Part shown: positions 26,324-32,346 of the stretch, in pieces
Numbering within the stretch: position 1 is the first letter of the stretch
Layout: each line of letters begins with the position of its first letter
Origin: Candidatus Pacearchaeota archaeon
Lineage (GTDB): Archaea > Nanobdellota > Nanobdellia > Pacearchaeales > GW2011-AR1
Direction: 5' to 3'
Length of the DNA stretch: 32,346 nucleotides
NCBI GenBank assembly: GCA_016866975.1
Contig: VGKP01000010.1
Span: 1-32,346 of the forward strand
Made by a program: the position numbers and the translations under genes
Notes under the pieces: model-generated
What the model saw: the letters and a program-made list of their open reading frames with translations, nothing else
Told to the model about the DNA's origin: nothing
Database searches by the model: none

Positions 26324-26336
26324 ATTTAAACTTTCC
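26324..26336 (-). promoter_or_regulatory. putative BRE/TATA promoter of the ABC exporter
   Basis: GGAAAGTTTAAAT on the minus strand, 33 nt upstream of ATG 26291. Confidence 0.5.
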
Positions 26337-26360
26337 TGCCTTCGATAAATGTCTTTATCA

Positions 26361-26373
26361 ACAGCTTTAAAAA
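26361..26373 (+). promoter_or_regulatory. putative promoter of secY
   Basis: ACAGCTTTAAAAA about 50 nt upstream of the secY ATG; GAGGAG RBS at 26406-26411. Confidence 0.4.
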
Positions 26374-26422
26374 CTCTTTTTTGTACATGCACTTATGATT
26401 AAACAGAGGAGAATTTCTTAGG

Positions 26423-27811
26423 ATGGATATCCGAAATATTCTAAATAATCTGCCAGAGGTGAGGCATCCAGTAGAAAAGAAACTTAGCTTCAATGTAAAG
26501 CTCAAATGGACTTTGATTATACTTCTCTCTTTCTTTGTACTGGCAAATATACCACTTTATGGTCTCGGTCCAAACTCTCTCGCGAATTTTGAATATCTCG
26601 CCATTATCTTGGGTACAGACTTTGGGAGCATCATCAGTCTCGGTATTGGCCCTATCGTCATGGCCTCCATCATTCTTCAGCTTCTTGTTGGCTCAGGGAT
26701 ATTGAAAATAGACACCTCAAACCCAGAAGGCAGAAAGTATTTCCAGGGCCTGCAAAAACTTGGCGTGATATTTTTCATAGTATTTGAAGCGATGATATAT
26801 GTATTGATGGGAGGTCTACAGCCAATAACTCCAAATCTGACTCTGATATTGATAGTGCAACTCATCCTCGGCGGCCTTGCGATAATGTTTATGGATGAGG
26901 TAGTCACAAAATGGGGATTTGGTTCAGGCACATCAATATTCATCGTAGCAGGAGTAGCGTGGAGGATGTTTGCGCAGTTGTTCCAGTTCATAACTCCTAC
27001 CGGCGAGAACTGTCTTGCAAACTTTTCAGAAGGGCAGACTTCTTGCGTAGGAAAAGTGCTGGTAATAATTCATTCCGTGATAAATGGCGCTCCGACAGAG
27101 GCACTTGCAGCACTTGCAGCAATAATCGCCACAGTTATAATCTTCCTTCTCGTCGTAGCTGCTCAAAGTCTTAAGGTGGAGATTCCTCTTACATATGAAA
27201 GACTGAGAGGGCATAGCATGAAGTGGCCACTAGCATTCTTCTATGCATCAGTTATGCCAGTTATCCTGGTCGCAGCACTTTTGGCAAACCTCCAGTTATT
27301 TGGGATATTGCTTGAGAACGCAGGGAATCCTATTTTAGGGACTTTTAGTCAAGGTCATCCTACAACAGGTCTGGTTTTCTGGTTCAGTAGTTCGAATCTT
27401 CTTGATTCTGCGATAAAAGGAGGACTTTCTCAGAGATTGATATGGCAATCCATTATCCATACACTGTTCTTCATGATATTCTCTGCAATATTCGCAATCC
27501 TCTGGGTAAGGACATCTGGGATGGACGAGTCATCGCAGGCAAAAAAAATCTTGGCTTCAGGTTTACAGATACCAGGCTTCAGAAAAGACCAGCGCGTCCT
27601 AGAATCAATATTGAAGAGGTACATCCTTCCTCTTACGGTCATGGGAGGTCTAGCAATAGGACTTCTTTCTGCTATCGCAGATATTTTAGGCGCATTGGTC
27701 TCAGGTACGGCAATCTTGCTTGCAGTAATGATAATGTATCAGCTTTATCAGAATGTTGCACAACAGCACGCAGTTGATATGCATCCAGCACTAAAGAAGG
27801 TAATTCAATGA
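26423..27811 (+). CDS. secY: protein translocase subunit SecY (Sec61 alpha)
   Basis: LGIGPIVMASIILQLL, KWGFGSGTSIFI, FFYASVMPVIL, QIPGFR.D and GTAILL motifs. Confidence 0.98.
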   Translation: MDIRNILNNLPEVRHPVEKKLSFNVKLKWTLIILLSFFVLANIPLYGLGPNSLANFEYLAIILGTDFGSIISLGIGPIVMASIILQLLVGSGILKIDTSNPEGRKYFQGLQKLGVIFFIVFEAMIYVLMGGLQPITPNLTLILIVQLILGGLAIMFMDEVVTKWGFGSGTSIFIVAGVAWRMFAQLFQFITPTGENCLANFSEGQTSCVGKVLVIIHSVINGAPTEALAALAAIIATVIIFLLVVAAQSLKVEIPLTYERLRGHSMKWPLAFFYASVMPVILVAALLANLQLFGILLENAGNPILGTFSQGHPTTGLVFWFSSSNLLDSAIKGGLSQRLIWQSIIHTLFFMIFSAIFAILWVRTSGMDESSQAKKILASGLQIPGFRKDQRVLESILKRYILPLTVMGGLAIGLLSAIADILGALVSGTAILLAVMIMYQLYQNVAQQHAVDMHPALKKVIQ

Positions 27812-27829
27812 TGACGGAGAAGATTTAAT

Positions 27830-28354
27830 ATGAAAGGGATGAAGCTTTTTTTGCTTGTAACCGTAGTAGCTTTGCTTATCCCTTCTTTATGGGATGCTTT
27901 TCCAATTATCAAGACAACCGGTCATGCAATCCTCGATCCCACAGCAGGGGCACTTCTTAACTGGAACAGGGATATAGGGATGGTGATAATAGTAATCATG
28001 CTTACTCTCTTGACGAGCATAGTCCAGAAGTTAACTATTGACAAGGAGGCCATGAAGCAACTCAAATCTGAGCAGAAAGCACTTAACGAGGAGATGAAGA
28101 TTCACAAAGACAATCCTCAGAAGATGATGGAGCTCCAGAAGAAGAGTTTTGAGTTTCTTCCAAGGACTTTCGAGCTGACCCTCAAACCCTCTCTATTCAC
28201 AATCGCACCACTCATTCTCCTATTCCGTTGGTTCAGCGATTATTTCACAACAAACCCTGGAGTAATTTTTGGGTTCTTTAGTTGGTTCTGGGCTTACCTT
28301 ATCTTGACAATAATTATAGCATCATTTCTCAGAAAGTGGATGGATTTATTATAG
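27830..28354 (+). CDS. DUF106 / EMC3-TMCO1 (Oxa1 superfamily) membrane protein
   Basis: TM, coiled coil (KQLKSEQK.LNEEMK), TM, FFSWFWAY TM; canonical position after secY. Confidence 0.88.
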   Translation: MKGMKLFLLVTVVALLIPSLWDAFPIIKTTGHAILDPTAGALLNWNRDIGMVIIVIMLTLLTSIVQKLTIDKEAMKQLKSEQKALNEEMKIHKDNPQKMMELQKKSFEFLPRTFELTLKPSLFTIAPLILLFRWFSDYFTTNPGVIFGFFSWFWAYLILTIIIASFLRKWMDLL

Positions 28355-28380
28355 GTCTAAAAAATTTTTAAAAAACAATC

Positions 28381-29106
28381 TTACTTTGAGTACTTCTTCA
28401 GCTCATCACCGTGCAATCTTACAAGCTTCTCATCAGCAATCTTTACATAACCTACATCAAACCTCTGGAGATCGAAATTTTTCTCAAGTATCTCTTTGAA
28501 TATCTTAAGTGAAAACTTTATACCTTCATCAATAGTCATGTCTTCCCTATAATCTTTTCTTAATATCTCTTTAATCTTCTCATCATTCTCTCCCAACGCA
28601 TTGGCTTTATATGCCAAGAAATTCCCAGTGACGTCCGAAGTATAAAGATGGGCCTTTCCTTTATTGGCTCCTCCCAAAAGGAAAGCTACACCATAAGGTC
28701 TTGCTCCGCCATATTGCGTTGACATCTGCTTTCTGTCAGCAATCATCCTTATTACCGCTATGGGCTCTATTGGAGAATCGTACGTGACTCTATTTTGCTG
28801 TGAAAGTACTTGAGCATTCTCAATCAGTATTCGAGCATCTGAAAGAAGTCCGGACGCAGTAGCCACTATATGCTCATCAATCTCATAGATCTTGTTCATA
28901 GATTCTGATGCAACTAGCTTGTCTCTTAATCTTCTATCTGCGATTATTACGACGCCATCTTTACATACTAATCCAATGCTTGCACTTCCCCATTTAACTG
29001 CTTTCTCCGCATATTCCACTTGTAAGAGATGTCCATCTGGGGAGAACATTGTGGCTGCTCTGTCGTAGCCCATTGCCTGATGCTGCATTTCAGTCGGTAT
29101 ATCCAT
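28381..29106 (-). CDS. psmA: proteasome subunit alpha
   Basis: GYDRAATMFSPDG.LLQVEYA, YGGARPYGV and A.ALGEN motifs; likely start ATG 29106. Confidence 0.97.
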   Translation of the reverse strand: MDIPTEMQHQAMGYDRAATMFSPDGHLLQVEYAEKAVKWGSASIGLVCKDGVVIIADRRLRDKLVASESMNKIYEIDEHIVATASGLLSDARILIENAQVLSQQNRVTYDSPIEPIAVIRMIADRKQMSTQYGGARPYGVAFLLGGANKGKAHLYTSDVTGNFLAYKANALGENDEKIKEILRKDYREDMTIDEGIKFSLKIFKEILEKNFDLQRFDVGYVKIADEKLVRLHGDELKKYSK

Positions 29107-29142
29107 AGAAAATCCTCTCCCAATTGACAAATAATTGAGCTA

Positions 29143-29155
29143 TTTAAGCTTTACT
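29143..29155 (-). promoter_or_regulatory. putative BRE/TATA of psmA, embedded in the last codons of the upstream gene
   Basis: AGTAAAGCTTAAA, identical to 29664-29676. Confidence 0.45.
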
Positions 29156-29629
29156 GCATTCTTTTCTCGCCCATTCACTCTCAGCTCTATTGCATAAATA
29201 TGATTGGTTCAGATCCTTAGCAATCTGCATAAAACATTGGTCGCGCAATGATGGCAAGGATTGAGAACCCTTCTTTAATAGAGGCACCAAATCACATTCT
29301 TCCGGATTAGAATTTTTTATAGCTATATCTGACTTGCATTTCTCTCTGCAGTAATTTTCATATTCCCAATAAGGATTCTTTGTCACAACTTGGCCGCAAA
29401 GAGATATATCATTCATGGATATGGCTCTTGAATATTCTACAGAGCAATCTTCTGGAATGCTCTGGCAATTAAAACAAAAAAGACCTGGAAAGAAAGATGA
29501 AATCAGGAATAATACCGCAAAGGTCATAAGTAAGACCACTGCAATCTTGGAAGCATTCTTCAAAAAATTTGAGAGGAAGAATATATTAGAAAACTTACCG
29601 TAGATGCTTAAAATTCTTTGAAGGATCAT
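29144..29629 (-). CDS. membrane-anchored Cys-repeat hypothetical protein
   Basis: N-terminal TM followed by C...IA..(D/N)...C repeats. Confidence 0.7.
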   Translation of the reverse strand: MILQRILSIYGKFSNIFFLSNFLKNASKIAVVLLMTFAVLFLISSFFPGLFCFNCQSIPEDCSVEYSRAISMNDISLCGQVVTKNPYWEYENYCREKCKSDIAIKNSNPEECDLVPLLKKGSQSLPSLRDQCFMQIAKDLNQSYLCNRAESEWARKECSKA

Positions 29630-29663
29630 CTTTTTTCCTCATATAATTATATTATCTTAAGGT

Positions 29664-29676
29664 TTTAAGCTTTACT
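29664..29676 (-). promoter_or_regulatory. putative BRE/TATA of the Cys-repeat gene
   Basis: AGTAAAGCTTAAA, about 35 nt upstream of ATG 29629. Confidence 0.45.
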
Positions 29677-29770
29677 AATCGACTAAAAAATGTGCAATCC
29701 ACAGACATATATCTCTGGCTATAAACGATTAAAACATAATCTTTATATAATCTCCACTTCTACCGTCTTT

Positions 29771-30448
29771 GTGGCACAAGTTACAGCACGCATTAAGGTA
29801 AATAAAAATCATTATGAAATTCTTGTAGATCTAGATGAAGCCTTGAAGGTCAGAGCCGGCAAAGGAAATGTCTCTCAGGCTCTGGTGACGCCAAATATCT
29901 TTCATGACATGAAAAAAGGCCTTCATGCTGGAAAGGCAGGACTAATAGAATCGTTTGGTACAGATGATGTATATCAGATAGCGCAAAAGATAATAGTCTC
30001 AGGAGAAGTCCAAAAGAATCAAGAGTATAGGGATGCAGAGAGGGATATCAAGATTAAGCAAATAGTCAATCTCCTTCTCAAGAATTCTATTGACCAGAAC
30101 GGGAGACCTTATACCGAAGAGAGACTTAAGCGCGCCTTAGAGGAAGCACACGTCACTATAGACAATAGGGCTCCTGAACAGCAGTTGACAGACATTATTT
30201 CTAAGCTTCAGGCAGTTATCCCGATAAAAGTAGAGACAAAACGCATAAAACTCAATATTCCTGCCAGATATACTGGCCAAATATACAGTATTCTAAAAGA
30301 TTTTAAGGAGAGCGAGGAATGGTTGGCAAATGGCAATCTGCAGGCTATCCTAAACATTCCAGCAGGTATGCAGCTAGATTTTTACGATAGATTGAATGCA
30401 ATTGCACATGGTGCCATTATGAGCGAAGAGATTAAGGATAAGAAATAA
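29771..30448 (+). CDS. ribosome maturation factor SBDS/Sdo1
   Basis: EILVD, FGTDD...IA.KI...GEVQ, R..RALEEA and LQAVIPIK motifs. GTG 29771 lies about 25 nt after TTTATATA (29742-29749). Confidence 0.95.
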   Translation: MAQVTARIKVNKNHYEILVDLDEALKVRAGKGNVSQALVTPNIFHDMKKGLHAGKAGLIESFGTDDVYQIAQKIIVSGEVQKNQEYRDAERDIKIKQIVNLLLKNSIDQNGRPYTEERLKRALEEAHVTIDNRAPEQQLTDIISKLQAVIPIKVETKRIKLNIPARYTGQIYSILKDFKESEEWLANGNLQAILNIPAGMQLDFYDRLNAIAHGAIMSEEIKDKK

Positions 30449-30450
30449 TT

Positions 30451-31483
30451 ATGAAGATCCGGTTCTTTATTATCGCAGTATCGTTAATGTTGATTATTAC
30501 AAGTATGTTTTTTTATGTCGGGAACCGATGAAAACCACACCTTTCAAGGTGTGGTGGTTCCCGAGCATCTCCAAAAACGAGCGCCTGCAACAAACCTCGG
30601 CTTTTAAGCCGAGGTGGCGCATCGTTTTTGTGATTACAAAAAAACGAGCCCTCAGGAAATAATCTCAAATGAATATAATGAAGTTATATATGAAGATAAG
30701 ACAGACTATTTAACGTTAAGCTTTCCTGTCAATGGATCCGACCGCAGCTTGGACGGAGAAGTTATAATAGACAATTCTTCATACTATAATACTACGAATG
30801 GAAAATTATATTTTTATAATTATTCGTCTTATCCCAATAAAATAGTGCTAAAAATGGGAAATTTTAGGATATTTTATGAGGTGCCTGAGAATTTCAACAG
30901 GACGAATAATCTCCGACTAATCGTGCCGCCTCAAGAGTATGAGAGATATCAGAAATATTTGCTTTTATCTAAAAAAGATATCTTCAAAGAATCTTCAAAA
31001 GACCACTGGAATCATATGCCCTTGACTTATACTACTAATTTTTCCGAATACAAGGATCAAAAGATTAAAGACGGCAAAGAGCTTAAAATAAAATATGCTT
31101 TGGAAAGGCTTCAAGGTGCAGTACCTTCAATTTCATTTGTCAGGATATTGGATGAAACCGAAGCAGATATAAATTTTTATGGAGAAATACCTTCTAGGAT
31201 AAGAGAAGCCTATCGTCCAGAAGGTCACGCAAACACAATAGGTCTTGCATTGCGCAACATTACTGGCAACATAATATATAAGGCCACAGTATACATACCA
31301 TTGCCTACCGAGGGAGAAGAATGCCCTAGCTCAGACATTGCTCTCCACGAATTATTGCATACTTTCGGTCTAGGTCATTCTACAGATTATAAGAGTGTCA
31401 TGTGGGATACTGCATCTTGCACAAATAATGAGATTGTTAAGGAAGAGAAAGACTTTCTTGAAAAAATATATCTCAAACCATAG
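30451..31483 (+). pseudogene. matrixin (M10-like metzincin) metalloprotease, apparently split from its N-terminal anchor by an inserted element
   Basis: HELLHTFGLGH zinc motif and Met-turn SVMW in ORF 30614-31483. A separate hydrophobic 26-aa ORF at 30451-30531 lies in another frame. Confidence 0.65.
30520..30631. mobile_element. non-autonomous IS200/IS605-like double-hairpin element (PATE/MITE-like), boundaries approximate
   Basis: Two 9-bp stems with 4-nt loops: ACCACACCT-TTCA-AGGTGTGGT (30534-30555) and ACCTCGGCT-TTTA-AGCCGAGGT (30594-30615). Each is extended by outer stems. Confidence 0.65.
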
Positions 31484-31498
31484 AATTTAAAAATAGTC

Positions 31499-31792
31499 AT
31501 GCTTTCTATGTTATATGAAAAAGAGCTGGTCGTATGCAATTATAGGCCTGATTCTATGGGGCCTGATTTTCATTGCATTTACCCTTCAATCATTGCAAGG
31601 CCTACAATATTCATCTTTCATGCAGACCATATATATATACAGCTGTTCCTCTTCATTATTCCAGGGTTGATAATAGGGTTATTGCTCTTTGAAGTAGGCA
31701 ACATCAAGAATCCAAAAGTAAGGAGTAAGTCTTTTTGGGCAGTAATAATAATACTGGTACTCTTTGTGGTAGATTGGAGGATTTTCTATTAG
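31499..31792 (+). CDS. small hypothetical membrane protein (2 TM)
   Basis: 97-aa ORF with two hydrophobic C-terminal segments. Confidence 0.55.
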   Translation: MLSMLYEKELVVCNYRPDSMGPDFHCIYPSIIARPTIFIFHADHIYIQLFLFIIPGLIIGLLLFEVGNIKNPKVRSKSFWAVIIILVLFVVDWRIFY

Positions 31793-31799
31793 ATGGTAG

Positions 31800-32246
31800 A
31801 GTATACCAAGTTACTATCACTTTGATCCGAGAGGCAACACGATCGCACTCACCGATTCAAGCGGTAGAGTTACTGACAAGTACACCTATGAGACATTTGG
31901 CAATCTTAGCAACAAGGAAGCGACATCAGAGAATCCGTTCCGTTACCTCGGGAAACACAGCATCGTAGATGACGGCAACGGTCTTCTTTACGTGCGCGCA
32001 CGGTATTACAAACCTGCCTTTGGGCGGTTTATGACGAAGGATCCACTGACGGTGCGTGATAGCGACGGCCAGAGTCTGAACCGGTATGTTTACGCGCTCA
32101 ATAATCCAATTCGTTTTATTGACATTACTGGGCTTTCGCCGTCTGAGGGTTCTGTTGGTCAGCCTGAATTTGCCGAAAGCCTTATTCCGGTTTGGGGTTC
32201 TGGGCGGGCAGCCATAGACTACTGTCAGACCGGTGAATACGCTTGA
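31800..32246 (+). pseudogene. 5'-truncated Rhs repeat-associated core fragment with aborted C-terminal (toxin) region
   Basis: Open frame from 31800 (after TAG) with no start codon: YYHFDPRGN...Y.YETFG...NPFRYLG...GLLYVRARYY.P.FGRF.T.DP...LN.Y.YALNNP.RF.DITG. Confidence 0.85.
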
Positions 32247-32346
32247 GGATAGACAGTAAAGAACCTTCCAGAAACTCCGTTTTTATAGACGGGTCAGATT
32301 AGCAAGGTTTTTAAACCCTTAATTATACCCACTTAGAATAATCACA

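Noticed and set aside
24492-26335. Possible target duplication around the ABC gene (TTAAAGTTTC at 24492 vs TTAAACTTTC at 26326)
   Set aside because: Only 9/10 identical in AT-rich DNA, and the right copy is explained as the gene's own TATA box.
31735-31968. 77-aa ORF overlapping the Rhs fragment
   Set aside because: An alternative frame of the Rhs core, which is the frame with recognisable motifs.
632-32246. UGA-to-Trp recoding suggested by TGA at 662 and 32244, where Trp would fit
   Set aside because: TGA terminates many conserved genes here (uL3, uS3, uS17, uL14, uS5, secY) and TGG is used for Trp; nonsense mutations explain both cases.

Overview
Chromosomal window from a DPANN archaeon, most likely Ca. 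Pacearchaeota (inferred from the fused single-chain primase, reduced gene neighbourhoods and ribosomal-protein features). The core is the archaeal S10/spc ribosomal cluster (uL3 to uL15, eIF1/SUI1, secY, DUF106/EMC3-like; 11518-28354). To its left are an IS200-type tnpA element, an RbgA-like GTPase, a ProX-type editing domain, a secreted SNase-LTD nuclease, Cys-rich surface proteins, primase, PCNA and a membrane protein/wHTH pair. To its right are proteasome alpha, SBDS, a matrixin-type protease and an Rhs-core remnant. The most unusual signal is that the conserved operon is repeatedly invaded at its translationally coupled junctions. (i) A family of 68-101 bp palindromic inserts sits at uL3/uL4, uS5/uL30 (three tandem copies) and uL30/uL15. 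Each is flanked by a 14-16 bp direct repeat of the stop/RBS/start junction and each forms a stop-free mini-ORF that preserves coupling. (ii) Three orphan genes of about 120-133 aa are inserted in-strand. (iii) An antisense ABC exporter lies between uL15 and secY. Separately, a ~112 bp IS200/IS605-like double-hairpin element appears to split the matrixin gene. No rRNA, tRNA or CRISPR array was recognised. All homology calls are from motif recognition by eye; no searches were run.
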